Shown: positions 49,166 to 64,000, counted from the first letter of the stretch. The stretch: DNA of 64,000 nucleotides from Leucoraja erinacea (GCF_028641065.1 NC_073401.1:22444001-22508000), one strand, 5' to 3'. Numbers and translations: made by a program. Notes: a model not told the origin generated them from the sequence alone.

Positions 49166-52100
49166 TGCATCTTCAAATATTGATCAAAACTCAGTGGTTT
49201 TTGCATCGTAGATTTTTGCTTTAACAAAAAAAAAATCTATCGAATACAATCCAACCTTAATCTCTCTTTGTCTCTGTCTCTCTCTATTATCTGATTAGTG
49301 GATGAGGTGTGCGATATATCGGTCCTATTTTCAAAGGCGTTGAGAAAATAAAGGAGCTGATATCACAATAATATCTAAAATTCTCTGTAGTTCGGCGGAA
49401 TAGATGCCGAGTTATTTCTGCTGATTCGTTGGACCAGTGGTGAAGTTTGTAATCTTTATTGAACATAGAACGTGGAACAGCACAAGAACTGACCGTTCAG
49501 CCTCCAACATCTGTGCCAACCGCGATGCCAATACCTAAACCTATCGGTCTGCATATAATTAATATCCCCAAATTCCTTCGTATCCATGTGCCTATCCAAA
49601 ATTCTGAATATTCTCCTTCCACCACAACCTATCTATCACACCACAACGGTATTTTGTCCATAGGTCAGCTGTGAATCCAAAGGCCCTAATCACTCAGAAT
49701 CCAATGCATGGTGATTTTCTAGATCAATTTGCCATGAGGGACTTCATCAAATGGCTTACAAAATCCATGTAGACAACATCCACCGCCCTACCTTCATCGA
49801 TCACCTTCCTCGTCTCGTCAAAAACATGATCAAATTAGTAAAATAGGAGTCATTTATAAAGTCATTCCAATTAATGCCCCTAATTAACCCATTCTCGTTC
49901 AAAATGGAGTAAATCCTATCTGGGAGAATCCTCAACAATAGCTTCTCTACCACAGACGAGAGGATCGCCGGCCTATATATTTTTTCTAGATTCTCTCTAC
50001 CTCCCTTCTCAAATAAAGGAACACAATTATCTACTTTCCAGCGCTAATCACATCGCGTGTGGCTAGAGAACATCAAGGATCTCCGTCAATGCTTCTGCTA
50101 TCTGCCCGTCTCAATAATCTGGGACATCCTGGGGATTTATCTGATGTAATGCTTTTCAAGAGCCCCAACACTTCCCCCATCTTAATCCCAAATTTTCATG
50201 GCATAATAGCATTCTCCACACTGAGCTCACAATCCACCATGTCCTTGTCCTTTACCTCTGTAATCCAACGCAACAAAAAGGTCTGAAAAAGGGTCTCGAC
50301 CCGAAACACCACCCATCCCTTCTCTCCAGAGATGCTGTCTGTCCCGCTGCGAGTCCAGCTATTTATGGCAATCTTCGGTTTAAACCAGCATCTGCAGTTT
50401 CTTCCTGTGCAACAAAGAGCTTTATCACTTACCCATTTGGCCATTCTAATCGCCCACGTGAGTTCTTTCCCCATTGTTTTATGTTCATCAAAAGCTGACT
50501 TCATCTTCAAGTAATGGGTTGGGTAATCAGAACTAAAAAGGAAAGCATTCTTCGCTGAGTGCAATTACAAAGTTTTGGATTCTTTACTGCAGGTGATCGC
50601 CAATACCTATATATATTCCGGATAGTAATATAGATATAATAATACAATAATATAATATATTATTATACCTATGGCACTATGTACATGTTATATTTCCGGT
50701 TTCGGCATATCCTGCACCTAAAAAAGCAGCCTCCAAATCTCATTTTTTCACATTATAAAGGGTGCATTTAAATTAATTAAAGTCCATACAGATTAATTTT
50801 CATAGATTCAGACTTTAGATCTTACCTTTCAGTTTGAGTTGATTCACAAAGTTCCACAACTTTGTGTTGCAGCACCTCAGAAGGGACTTTGCTTTCAAGA
50901 CTTTCTTCCACTTCTATCCACTTAGCTGCACATTTTTCAGACTTCTTAATGCTTTTCTCACTAAATTCAATTACCCTGCTGCAAGTTTCCCGAACAAAGA
51001 ACCTTCATCGGAATCTCCAGTAAAACAGGCATCAGTGAAGCCCTCTCAGCTATGTTGTGTGCTAGCCTGAAACAAAGCGCGTGATTGGCCAACTGGCAGA
51101 CAACTCAATGTTAAACATCCTTTGATTGGACTAAAAATACCCGATATTTTCCAGTTTTTCTCTAATTTAATAAAAATGTGCAAGTCTTGTTCATGACGAG
51201 TTTCAGGGGTGATTTATATAATTTTTTTAAACAATATATGAACATTTCATGTAGTTCTGTGACTTGGGTCACGAAACACTGGAATAAAGCTCCTCGGCCC
51301 ACAGCCTATTAGCCACAAGGGCCACATCTTAAATATAGCCAAATGAACTGGCGCCAACTACCTTCTGTGGCAGAGAATTCCAGAGATTCACCACTCTCTG
51401 TGTGAAAAATGTTTTTCTCATCTCGGTCCTAAAGGATTTCCCCTTTATCCTTAAACTGTGATCCCTTGTCCTGGACTTCCCCGACATCGGGAACAATCTT
51501 CCTGCGTCTAGCCTGTCCAACCCCTTAACAACGTTGTATCTTCTACCGAAGATAACCACAAACGCACGACAGGGAGCATCTATAGAGAAGGAATTGGTGA
51601 CCTTTCGGGTCGAGACCCTTCTTCAGACTGAGAGTCAAGGGAGAGGGGGACATAGAGATAAGGAAGGGTTAGGTGTGAAACGAGAGATCAGAGGGGACGT
51701 GAATAAAGGAAAACGTAGACTAGATCATTGTTAGCTGAGGGGAAGGCGGCAACGAGGCACACAAAGTTATTTTAATCAGGACAAGGGGGACTAGTCGGTG
51801 AGCTAGGATGGGGGAGGGGATGGAGAGAGAGAGAAAGCAAGGGTTACTTGAAGTTAGAAAAGTCAATACTTTATGTTTCAACGTGCTCCATCATTCTATC
51901 ACACATACCATATCACCCAATCCCTGACTACACCCAGTCCTTCATCCACATTCACACTGCATTAGACAACCTTGAATCTACTACCTCACCCTTACACCTC
52001 TTGCACAAGCACGTTCAAGAGATGCAGAAACACTGGACAGAACACATACGTATCACCTGATGTGCCAGGAATCTCAGTGTGAGAGCAGAGCGTTGGAGAA

Positions 52101-55100
52101 AGGATGAATCCCCTTCACTGCTTTCACCTGACAAGACTAACACTTGAGTTCAAGTTCAAGTGAGTTTATTGTTACGTGTCCCTGATAGGACAATTAAATT
52201 CTTGGTTTGCTTCAGCACACAGAACACAGTAGGCATTTACTACAAAACAGACCAGTGTGTCCATATACCATTATATAAATATATGCACACATGAATAAAT
52301 AAACTGATAAAGTGCAAATAACAGATAATGGGTTATTAATAATCAGAGTTTTGTCCGAGCCAGGTTTAATAGCCTGATGGCTGTGGGGAAGCAGCTATTC
52401 CTGAAGGTAGCAGGGAGATGAGTGTGTGGCCAGGATGGTGTGGGCATCACACCATCAAGTTATGTTTGCTTAGGACACACACGTCAGAGTTATTTTTTTT
52501 AAATTTGCCACTGCAGGACTTGGACATATTCTACAATCGCGGCGAACTTTCCAGTACAGTAATAAGCAAGATAGGCAATCTTCAAGCAGTTGTGGTTCAG
52601 ATAAAACGTCGAATCAAGGCCCAATCTTCTTTCTCTGGAGGAGATATAGGTGCCACGCCACTACTGGTGGAGCAGTGATACTCCGACGAAAGCTATGCAA
52701 TAAATTACACAATTAAAACATGTGGTCCATACATTTTTTATTGCTTTTTAGATCAAAGATTTTATTGTCATTCAAAAATACACTGACAAATGCAAGTCTG
52801 AACGAAATTTCGTTGCATCTGTCTCACCGTGCAACATAAAATAACAAAAGGATAAAATAGATAAAAGGATAAAATAGATAAAAAAGATAAAATAGATAAT
52901 AGTGGCGGCACATTATATGGAATTCAAGAGTCGCAGCAAATCAACCACAGAATTGCTTCACGTTAGCTGCAACATCCCTGCATCGCATCAAGGGACAGTA
53001 CCGATGGATACAGTGAAATATAACATTGAGATACTTTTTGATTGTCTTAATGATTAAGTTTTGTTGTGTTGAATCGCGCTCGTGTCATGACTGATGTTAG
53101 ACAAATGCGGACGATGACCTTTTTTTCAAAATAAGAAATAAAAGATGCCTGGGAGTTACACGGGATAAATAATTAGTGAATAAACAGATACAAAGCAGAA
53201 CAAGAAACGCCAGTTGCGTGGAGCAGTCCCAAGTGTACATGGAATCCCATACGAGAGTAATTGACATTAAGGTTGCAGATCAAACTACTATCACTTCCTC
53301 ACTATGGTCTCTCAGCCTCTCAACATCACTGCTTTTCAATGAACCCCGGTGCAACAATCAATCGACCCCCCCCCCCCCCCCCCCCCCCCACCCCCCTCCT
53401 AAATTGAAGAGAGAGAAAATGTCCCTGGTCCTCGCCATTCACCTCACCAGCCTCCGTATCCAACACACCATCATCTAACATTACTGACAGAGAGGTGTGA
53501 ATCTGTGGAATTCTCTGCCACCAAAGACAGTGAAAGCCAATTCACTGGATGATTTCAAGAGAGAGTTAGATTTAGCTCTTAGGGCTAACGGAATCAAGAA
53601 GAACGGAATGTGGAGAAACCAGGAACAGGTACTGATTCTGGATGATCAGCCATGATCATATTGAATGGCGGTGCTGGCTCAAATGGACCTCTTTTCTATG
53701 TTTCTATGATTCCTTTATCGATTGTAGTACCTCTCCAAGGTAAATATTTTCAGTTTGCCATCAGAACAGTTCAGAATCTGAGCCCCCATGCTTATAGTTT
53801 ATTTTTTCTGAGGCTAATTTTAATTGCAAATCTCTCATTACTGAACGAAATAAAAGATCACTCTAAACAATGTTATATCTTTTTATCCTATTACACCATA
53901 TTATTTATGCTTGAAAACTGATTTTAACGGTTACAAACTAACACGTGAGCAGAACAATTTCTGTAATTTTGGATTCTTCCATTAAATCACGTTGAAATTG
54001 TTTTCGATTTCCATAATAATTAGAAACATGGGTCCAAATTCCTTCACTGCCCCGTTCAGTTCAGCTAATAATACAAATTATTCTTCCGCGGGTTCAGTGT
54101 CCTCCTTGGTGTCAAGCACATACTGGGCACCAATAGCGGAATTTGCACTTTCGCAATCACTTTGTAAATGACCCATTTTCTCACCAAAGTGGGGTTTTCC
54201 TGTTTCAGCCACAATGGTAACAGACTCTGCTTGTGTCGCGATATCACAGACTGGCTTTACAGTCATTGTATTCGAACAAAAATCAGTCCTCGATGACCAC
54301 AGACTAACTGACCATGATGGGCAAAATCCGAGAACAACAAAACTACAGGAACATGACCAACATCCTTTTGGGCTGGTTTATCAACTTTGGTTGGAGCTCA
54401 GATTTTTAAGCTATCTTCATGAACTAACTTTTTTTTAAATGAGTCATCGAGCTGTTGGTAGTAGGTTGCAATTACCATCTTAACCAATAATGTGGAGATA
54501 ATACCCGATAACACTATTGATTTAGGGATATTTGCCAGGGATGGCGGACTAGTTATGGGGAGACTTCCAACCCTGTGCCGCAGCCAGGTCAATAGGCATT
54601 TGTGGCAAAGTTAAGACTCGATATTGTTAATAACGTTGGATTTGAATAACACAAAATGGTGCTGGAAACGTGGCGACTATTGTGTGCTGTCTTAGTATCA
54701 TGCACTATTCTTGCACTCTTGTAGCTTTATACTGCAACATTTGTTTACTAAACTGTATGCAAAAAAAGAAATTTCACTGTACCTTGGTACATGTGACCAT
54801 TAAAAACTCACGTCAATGTAACCATGTAATCTCCAATGTGAATAATCTCCAATTATTTGAAAGGCATTGTTCTGTGCATGATAACCCCATCAATTTGTTT
54901 GGTGCAATCAGACTTTTGATGTTAAAAGCATGTATAGACCAAAATGTCAAGGAATATGCCTGCCCTTTTCTCACCTGCAATATTGTTTGCCCAAAACTAC
55001 TGTTCAAAATATTGCAAATAATCATTGCCAAATTGTGCTAAAATCATGCATGGGTTTCCATCTTATAAAGTGCTATCTCAAAATCCATATAAACTATGTG

Positions 55101-55369
55101 CATGGACATTTTCCATGTCCATTGCACTACCTACACAATTAAAAGATGTGAACATGCTCAATAGACTTGTGCTACCCTTTACATGTCCATGTTGGCTCTC
55201 TCAAATCAAGAGACTTTTTACTGTCAGCCTTTAATTACAAATGCCAATAACCTCCCAACAACTATTAATAAACTGACAAGTTTGAGCTTCCCTCACCGTT
55301 TTTAAATAATGGAACTGCATAAGTATTTTTGCAATTTAAGAGGGACAATTCAAGAAATAATCCCTATTG

Positions 55370-56310
55370 ATGATTATTGATTTAGACGAGGGAATGCAAC
55401 ATCTCCCAAGTTTGCGGATGACACGAAGCTGGGGGGCAGTTTTAGCTGTGAGGGGGATGCTAGGAGACTTGGATGGGCTGGGTGAGTGGGCAAATGTATG
55501 GCAGATGCAGTATAATGTGGATAAATGTGAGGTTATCCACTTTGGTGGCAAAAACAGGAAAGTAGACTATTATATAAATGGTGGCCAATTAGGAAAAGGC
55601 AAGATGCAACGAGACCTGGGTGTCATGGTACACCAGTCATTGAAAGTAGGCATGCAGGTGCAACAGGCAGTGAAGAAAGCGAATGGTATGTTAGCATTCA
55701 TAACAAAAGGATTTGAGTATGGGAGCAGGGAGGTTCTACTGCAGGTGAGACAGTACAGTTTTGGTCGTACAGTTTTGGTCTCCAAATCTGAGGAAAGACA
55801 TTCTTGCCATAGAGGATGTGCAGAGAAGGTTCACCAGACTGATTCCTGGGATGTCAGGACTTTCATATGAAGAAAAACTGGATAGACTCGGCTTGTACTC
55901 GCTAGAATTTAGGAGATTGAGGGGGGATCTTATAGAAACTTACAAAATTCCTAAGGGGTTGGACAGGCTAGATGCAGGAAGATTGTTCCTGATGTTGGGG
56001 AAGTCCAGGACAAAGGGTCACAGTTTAAGGATAAAGGGGAAATCCTTTAGGACCTAGATGAGAAAAACATTTTTCTCACAGAGAGTGGTGAATCTCTGGA
56101 ACTCTCTGCCACAGAAGGTAGTTGAGGCCAGTTCATTGGCTATATTTAAGAGAGAGTTAGATGTGGCCCTTGTGGCTAAAGGGATCAGGGGGTATGGAGA
56201 GAAGGCAGGTACAGGATACCGAGTTGGATGATCAGCCATGATCATATTGAATGGCGGTGCAGGCTCGAAGTGCCGAATGGCCTACTCCTGCACCTATTTT
56301 CTATGTTTCT
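55370..56310 (+). mobile_element. 5'-truncated CR1 (paralog of the 11390 element, without nested insert)
   Basis: Same 5' flank and shared in-frame stop (gacctag) as the 11390 copy. Confidence 0.9.
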
Positions 56311-56766
56311 GAAAGAGCCAATAACCAAAGTGTCTGCTGTTTACCAGCCTTTAAATTCCAGCATGGAAACCTTTTAGTCCTCGCCAACATTTCTGTCAAT
56401 TGTAGTGAGTTTCAGTCCTCAAATTATTAAATTCCCTTGTATATTGAATGTATTTTTGCAAGCGGATTGGGATTAAGATGGTTTTGTACAATGGTATGGG
56501 GTGTTGTTGAAATGGTACCTGGAGTATTGTTCACAGTTTTGCTCCCCTTAACGTAAAAGATGGATACAGTAGCAACAGAAATGCCAAATGAAATCCACGA
56601 TGCCATTTCCTGAGATTAACAGGTTGTCCTACCGAGGATAGTCCTATCAAATGGAGCTAAACAGATTGTGTCTATATTTTCTAGAGATTAGAACTAAGAT
56701 GACCCTACAGAGAAATAGAAGATTTTGAGCAGGCATGACAGGGTAGATGTTAAGATGTTCCTACTA

Positions 56767-57341
56767 TTATCTAACAGATAATAACAGATTGCGTACAGTT
56801 TTGGTCTCCAAATCTGAGGAAGGACATTATTGCCATAGAGGGAGTGCAGAGACGGTTCACCAGACTGATTCCTGGGATGTCAGGACTGTCTTATGAAGAA
56901 AGACTGGATAGACTTGGTTTATACTCTCTAGAATTTAGAAGATTGAGAGGGGATCTTATAGAAACTTACAAAATTCTTAAGGGGTTGGACAGGCTAGATG
57001 CAGGAAGATTGTTCCCGATGTTAGGGAAGTCCAGGACAAGGGGTCACAGCTTCAGGATAAAGGGGAAATCCTTTAAAACCGAGATGAGAAGAACTTTTTT
57101 CACGCAGAGAGTGGTGAATCTCTGGAACTCTCTGCCACAGAGGGTAGTTGAGGCCAGTTCATTGGCTATATTTAAGAGGGAGTTAGATGTGGCCCTTGTG
57201 GCTAAGGGGATCAGGGGGTATGGAGATAAGGCAGGTACGGGATACTGAGTTGGATGGTCAGCCATGATCATATTGAATGGCGGTGCAGGCTCGAAGGGCC
57301 AAATGGCCTACTCCTGCACCTAATTTCTATGTTTCTATGCT
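56767..57341 (+). mobile_element. Copy-specific CR1 3'-end insertion
   Basis: Absent at 15120 and 63730; flanked by TACTA repeats; ORF 56844-57248. Confidence 0.92.
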
Positions 57342-57649
57342 TACTAGTAGGAGTCTTGAACAAGGAGGCATGTTACAAAATAATACATCAGTCATATAAA
57401 ACAGAGGAGCATGACATTTTATTTTTCAATGGATGGTGAAGACCTGGAAGTATTTACATCGCTTCCAGTCTTCTAAGTTAAGAATATTTTTTACTTTTTT
57501 CCATTCACCATCATTTAGTGTTACGATATATATCAAATTTTATATCATGATGAGTGTATATTTGGAATGTCAGTTATTTTCACAATGAGGAGAAGTATTG
57601 ATCATACCCAAAACCTAACATCTTACAGTATATCCAGCTTATATATATA

Positions 57650-58445
57650 AGCATATAATCCTCCAACATTTTCGCCACCTTCAATGGGATCCCACTACTA
57701 GCCACATCTTCCCATCTCCACCCCTTTCTGCTTTCTGCAGAGACCGTTCCCTCCAAAGCTCCCAGGTCAACTCGTCCCTTCCCACCCAAACCACTCCTTC
57801 CCCAGGTACTTTCCACTGCAACCGCAGGAGATGCAACACCTTTCCATTTACAGACCCCCCCCCCCGACTCTATCCAAGAACCCAAACAATCTTTCCAGGT
57901 GAGGCAGAGGTTCACTTGCACCTCATCTACTGTATCCGCTGTTCCAGTTGACAACTTCTCTACATCGACAAAACCAAGTGCAGGCTCGGCGATCGTTTAG
58001 CTGAACACCTCCGCTCAGTCCGTCTTAACCTACCTGATCTCCCAGTGGCTCAGCACTTCAACTCCCCCTCCCATTCCAAATCTGACCTTTCTTTCCTGGG
58101 CCTCCTCAACTGTCAGAGTGAGGCCCAGTGCAAATTGGAGGAACAGCACCTCATATTTTGCTTGGGTAGTGTACACCCGTGGTATGAACATTGACTTCTC
58201 TAACTTCAGACCGCTCTTGCTTTCCCTCTCTAACCCCTCCCCCTTCCCAGTTCTCCCACTAGTCTTAATGTCACCGACTACATTCTTTGTCCTGCCCCCT
58301 CCCCTGACATCAGTCTGAAGAAGGGTCTCGACCCGAAACATCACCCATTCCTTCTCTCCAGAGATACTGCCCGTCACACTGAGTTACTCCGGCATTTTGT
58401 GTCTACCTTCAATTTAAACCAGCATCTGCAGTTCTTTCCTATATG
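57650..58445 (+). mobile_element. Penelope-like element remnant (paralog of 15430-16245)
   Basis: Same sequence within the duplicated block. Confidence 0.8.
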
Positions 58446-61400
58446 CTTTTTCTTTTCAAGCCTAACATTTAAATTATATCATACGGTGATTATTGTCATT
58501 TACCACTATAAAAAGGGAACAATTACCTAAATCTCACAAATCATTCATGGTCTGCCCTCTAGAAAAGGCTGCTTCAGAAAGCTGCCTTAAATGTGCACAA
58601 ATGTATTACCTTCCTCACAAAGTATTCTGTTTTCCTGCTATATGTAAAATCAAAGTCTCCTTTTAAAAGTTTTATTTTTGCTGATAGTCACAAAAATCTG
58701 GAATAACTCAGTGGGTTATGCAGCATTTGCTGAATAAAGGAATAGGTGTTGTTTCGGGTCAAGACCCTTCTTCAGACTGAGCGTCAGGGGAGGGAGAAAC
58801 AAGAGATATGAAAAGGTACATGGAAAAAGTATATGAAAGTTCTGCAAATGGACAAATCAAAGCTAGCAAAGATGATCAAGGATAAATGGAGCACTTTGCG
58901 CCATCCTTATACCAATCTCCGACTATATATATTCCACAACATCACTGCCTTTGGGAGGCAGATCGACAAGTCCTTTTCCGGTTTGTATCATATGTTCAAT
59001 TTTATCCCTATGGCTGCAATACTTTCGATTACTTACATTTTTCCGTATTAATACTCAACAACATCAGGCCACTCATCCTCCTGGTGCAGTTCCCCAATCT
59101 GATAAACTTGAATATTATCTCCCAAATATGACCATGTTATAACTTTCTCAGTAATAGCTTCAACATTACATTATTTAACCTGCATTGGAGCTTCTAATTC
59201 ACTCTATTTATTTATAACACTTCATGCATAATTACATAAATGTATTATCTGGGAAATAAAGTTTAACATTTACTGCTTCCCTGACATCACCTGACATCTT
59301 ACAGCATGAACAAACTTTTATTTCTTGTTCTTACTGCAAAATTTCCTTCACTTCATCCACATGATTTATTGCCAGTTTCAACCTGAACTAAGTTTCGATC
59401 TTTAAAGTTGAAAAGTATGCAAATAATCACCAGTAATCTTGATATCTCTGCAATGATTAAATTACTTTCTGCTTTTGAAGACACATCTGGCTAAACAATA
59501 ACATCACAGCGACGACTCGTGTCTATATTGTGCCTATCATGCAATAAAATATCCAGTTATGCTTCAGTGGAGTGTTAGCAGACAAACAATGACACCAAGC
59601 CTCCCAGAGGGACGATTAGAACAAGCAGGCAGAACTGGTTACAATGATAGCTTTAAAATATCAAATCAGCCTTTCCAGCTAGGCCCAACAAGGCGACTCC
59701 GGATTGTCAAAGCTGTCACAGCCAGACATAAAAACATATTATATGCACAAGTGGTTGTTCTATTCAACAGCCAAAAATCTGTAGCCTCCCTTTGATCTAG
59801 TATTTTGTTGGTTCACATGCTTAATCAATGGTGTTTTATCATTAATGTTTTATTATTATGAATGTTCAGTGTTTTCTGAGTCATACGTAACTGTCACTGT
59901 ATGTCATGTTGTTGCTTGTGGGCGGAGCACCAAGGCAAATTCCTTGTTTGTGAATATTGGGCCAATAAACTTACTTACTTACTTAGATCCCTGAATATGA
60001 CATGATTCCTTTGTAACCAGTGTAATCCATTTTTAACTTGATTAATACCAAACATTGTGCCAATGCATGAAGCATTTCCATTCCAACAAGTAGTGGTTCA
60101 CTGTTTTGCTTCTAATTGTGTGTACTGTATTCATTGGCCTGCTCTAGACTGTCCTTGTGAGACAGGTTCATGTGCACTTTATCTACTGTATCCGGTGGCC
60201 TCCTTTATATCGACAAGACCAAGTGTAGGCTCGGCAACCATTTCGCCAACACTTATGCTAGGCTGGATGTATCAATTGCTAATGATTTTAACCCCTCGTC
60301 CCATTTCTATACTGACCTTTCTGTCCTGGGCTTCCTTCTTTGCCGGAGTGAGATCATACACAAAATGGAGGAAAAGCATCTCGTATTCCATTTGGGAAGT
60401 TTACAACCCAAGCGGTATTAACATTGCATTCGGTAATTTTGGGTAACTACGTAACCCCCCCTCTCCCTTCTTCCCTGCCCTTCCTACCCACCCACCCCAC
60501 CACTATCCACCTATTTCTCCATCCACATTACTTCCTCTGGCTTCACAATTCAGAGCTCTTTAATCCTTTTGTCTCATATATTCGGTCTTTTCATATCTGG
60601 CCCTTGTCCAACTATACACCTATCAAAACCCCTCTTTACCTGTATCAACCCATTACCTGCCAGACTTTGTCCTGCCCCTCCTCTCTTCCCAGATTTCTTC
60701 CCGCCATTCCCCACCCCCGAATCAGTCTAATGAAGGGTTCTGACCCAAAATCACACCAATTCATGTTCTCCAGATATATTGCCTGACCCACTGAGTTACT
60801 CCTGCAGTTAGTGTCTTTTTTTGAGAAACCAAATAGACTGGGTGACTGGTTTGTAGAGAACCTCCTTTCAATCCATGTGTGACACTGAACTTCAAGTTGC
60901 TAATCACTCCATCTCATCCACCTGTAGCCTCTCACACTGTTCCAATTCAATCTGGAGTAAGATCAAGGAATAGCACCTCACCAGCAGCAGATTTGACATG
61001 TTTAAACCCTGAGAATACAATGTTGATTTGAACAATTTCAATAAATATCCTTTCTTTTTTGTAACAAAACCTGCCAGTTCTAATGAAAGACCACCATCCT
61101 GTAACATCAACTTTATATTTTTCTCCACACAGGTGATGTCTGATTTGCCATTCAATTTAATTCCTAAATGCAGCTGAAGCATTTTGAATACCTTTGTTGC
61201 AGTATTATTCTTATTTCTCACTTCTCTACTATTTTCTCCTCCTCCATACAGATCAGCTGGGATTAGGAATCAGTCACCATTCTCTCTCAGCAAGTGCCAC
61301 CGCTCTTCATTTGTTTCTCTGTCTATCAGACATTGCATGTTCTTTCCACTTCTACGCAACTTAAAATATATCCTAATTTTCCTTTGTCCTATGAAAGGTC

Positions 61401-62216
61401 ATCTACAATGTTCCTCTCTCCACAGATGCTGTCTGACTTGCTTAATATTTCTACGTGGATTATGCGTTTCAGATTTGTAACATCTGCAGTTTGCAGCTCT
61501 TCCAATACCAGCCATGTTAAAATTATTATTTTTAAATCCATTTCCAGATCAAGTTAGAGAGATAATACAACAAGTTGCTAACACTCACCTCATTCATGAA
61601 AGAAAGTGGGAAGCCGATCTGGATTGAGGAAAAATACTTTTGGTTATATAGAAACATAGAAAATTGGCATAGGAGTAGGCCATTTGGCCCTTCGAGCCAG
61701 CACTGCCATTCAATATGATCATGGCTAATCATCCAAAATCAGTACCTCGTTCCTGCTTTCTCCCCATATCCCTTGATCCCAATAGCTTTGACATTATCCT
61801 TCGTAAGGTTGACATTTTGGAACTTAGCAAGGAGGCAAGATGAATTGTTGGTAGAATAGGGATATCCTAAGCTTGAGATTATTGGGACAAGCTTCAGTTT
61901 GTATCTATTCAGTTATTCTTGCATCAGTATTTGATGTCTTTGAAGGTAGTGCATATACACATCATTCTATTCCCTTCCTGAATGTTATGAGGACACACAA
62001 AAACATGACACATTGGATAGTAAATGTCAAAACATTAGGCACCTATCTAAAGATGATAGATTGCATTTTAAAGTAATCTATGTTTAATCTTGATATGGCA
62101 AAATGAGGAATTGAAAGTCACATCTGTTAGCACATCAGAAAGCCAATTGAGCAATTACTGCCATCTGGTGCCAGATCCTAGCAGTCATACCACTTTTGGT
62201 GGCTTGCTAAAAAATA

Positions 62217-63282
62217 ACAGAGTAGGAGTAAACGGGTCTTTTTTCACAATGGCAGGCAGTGACTAGTGGGGTACCGCAAGGCTCAGTGCTGGAACCCCAG
62301 CTATTTACAATATATATTAATGATTTGGACGAGGGAATTGAATGCAACATCTCCAAGTTTGCGGATGACACGAAGCTGGGGGCAGTTAGCTGTGAGGAAG
62401 ATGCTAGGAGGCTGCAAGGTGACTTGGATAGGCTGGGTGAATGGGCAAATGCATGGCAGATGCAGTATAATGTGGATAAATGTGAGGTTATCCACCTTGG
62501 TGGCAAAAACAGGAAAGTAGACTATTATATAAATGGTGGCCGATTAGGAAAAGGGGAGATGCAACGAAACCTGGGTGTCATGGTACACCAGTCATTGAAA
62601 GTAGGCATGCAGGTGCAGCAGGCAGTGAAGAAAGCGAATGGTATGTTAGCATTCATAGCAAAAGGATTTGAGTATAGGAGCAGGGAGGTTCTACTGCAGT
62701 TGTACAAGGTCTTGGTGAGACCACACCTGGAGTATTGCGTACAGTTTTGGTCTCCAAATCTGAGGAAAGACATTCTTGCCATAGAGGGAGTGCAGAGAAG
62801 GTTCACCAGCCTGATTCCTGGGATGTCAGGACTTTCATATGAAGAAAGACTGGATAGACTCGGCTTGTACTCGCTAGAATTTAGGAGATTGAGGGGGGAT
62901 CTTATAGAAACTTACAAAATTCCTAAGGGGTTGGACAGGCTAGATGCAGGAAGATTGTTCCTGATGTTGGGGAAGTCCAGGACAAGGGGTCACAGTTCAA
63001 GGATAAAGGGGAAATCCTTTAGGACCGAGATGAGAAAAACATTTTTCTCACAGAGAGTGGTGAATCTCTGGAACTCTCTGCCACAGAAGGTAGTTAAGGC
63101 CAGTTCATTGGCTATATTTAAGAGGGAGTTAGATGTGGCCCTTGTAGCTAAATTGATCAGGAGGTATGGAAAGAAGGCAGGTACAGGATACCGAGTTGGA
63201 TGATCAGCCATGATCATATTGAATGGCGGTGCAGGCTCGAAGGGCCGAATGGCCTACTCCTGCACCTATTTTCTATGTTTCT
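62217..63282 (+). mobile_element. CR1 RT 3' fragment (probably chimeric)
   Basis: ORF 62259-63203 with GVPQGSVL and FADD; 5' flank matches the 19335 element and 3' flank matches the 11390/55370 element. Confidence 0.92.
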
Positions 63283-64000
63283 AAGAGAGGCAATAACCAA
63301 AGTGTCTGCTGTTTACCAACCTTTAAATTCCAGCATGGAAACTTTTTAGTCCTCGCCAACATTTCTGACAATTGTAGTGAGTTTCAGTCCTCAAATTATT
63401 AAATTCCCTTGCATATTGAATGTATTTTTGCAAGCGGATTGGGATTAAGATGGTTTTGTACAATGGTATGGGGTGTTGTTTAAATGGTACCTGGAGTATT
63501 GTTCACAGTTTTGCTCCCCTTAACCTAAAAGATGGATACAGTACAACTGCCAAATGAAATCCACGATGCCATTTCCTGAGATTAACAGGTTGTCCTACCG
63601 AGGATAGTCCTATCAAATGGAGCTAAACAGGTTGTGTCTATATTTTCTAGAGCTTAGAACTAAGATGACCCTACAGAGAAATAGAAGATTTTGAGCAGGC
63701 ATGACAGGGTAGATGTTAAGATGTTCCTACTAGTAGGAGAATCTTGAACAAGGAGGCATGTTACAAAATAATACATCAGTCATATAAAACAGAGGAGCAT
63801 GACATTTTATTTTTCAATGGATGGTGAACACCTGGAAGTATTTACATCGCTTCCAGTCTTCTAAGTTAAGAATATTTTTTATTTTTTTCCATTCACCATC
63901 ATTTAGTATAACGATATATCCCAAATTTTATATCATGATGGGTGTATATTTGGAATGTCAGTTATTTTCACAATGAGGAGAAGTATTGATCATACCCAAA
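63283..64000 (+). repeat. Third copy of the block at ~14665-15390 and ~56310-57610
   Basis: agagaggcaataaccaaagtgtctgctgtttacc... recurs a third time and runs to the window end. Confidence 0.93.

Overview
Eukaryotic (vertebrate) genomic DNA, most consistent with a cartilaginous fish (skate/ray-like repeats). There are no prokaryotic-type features. The only host genes are two tandem, same-strand immunoglobulin light-chain miniclusters (leader exon / germline-joined VJ exon / C exon), whose C regions are lambda (type II)-like. Cluster 1 (28756-30788) has an in-frame TAG in the V exon. Cluster 2 (45991-48961) splices to an intact 238-aa ORF. The rest is dense with CR1 LINEs (several nested), Penelope-like remnants carrying hammerhead-like motifs, tRNA-derived V-SINEs and an RTE-like fragment. 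Positions 1-~19940 are a second, 97-99%-like copy of 32241-~63280. In that left copy the ~12.9 kb containing the intact light-chain gene is missing and a 360-bp inverted piece sits at the junction. A 100-N gap (20376-20475) separates the copies, so they may be paralogs or an uncollapsed haplotype. The most notable observations are the gene-removing deletion/inversion, a sharply homogenised FR3-CDR3-J tract between otherwise diverged genes, an atypical long-CDR2 V on a lambda-type C, and a conserved RFX-like/Y-box/CRE promoter block. I did not find a wholly new protein-coding system. All identities are hand estimates.
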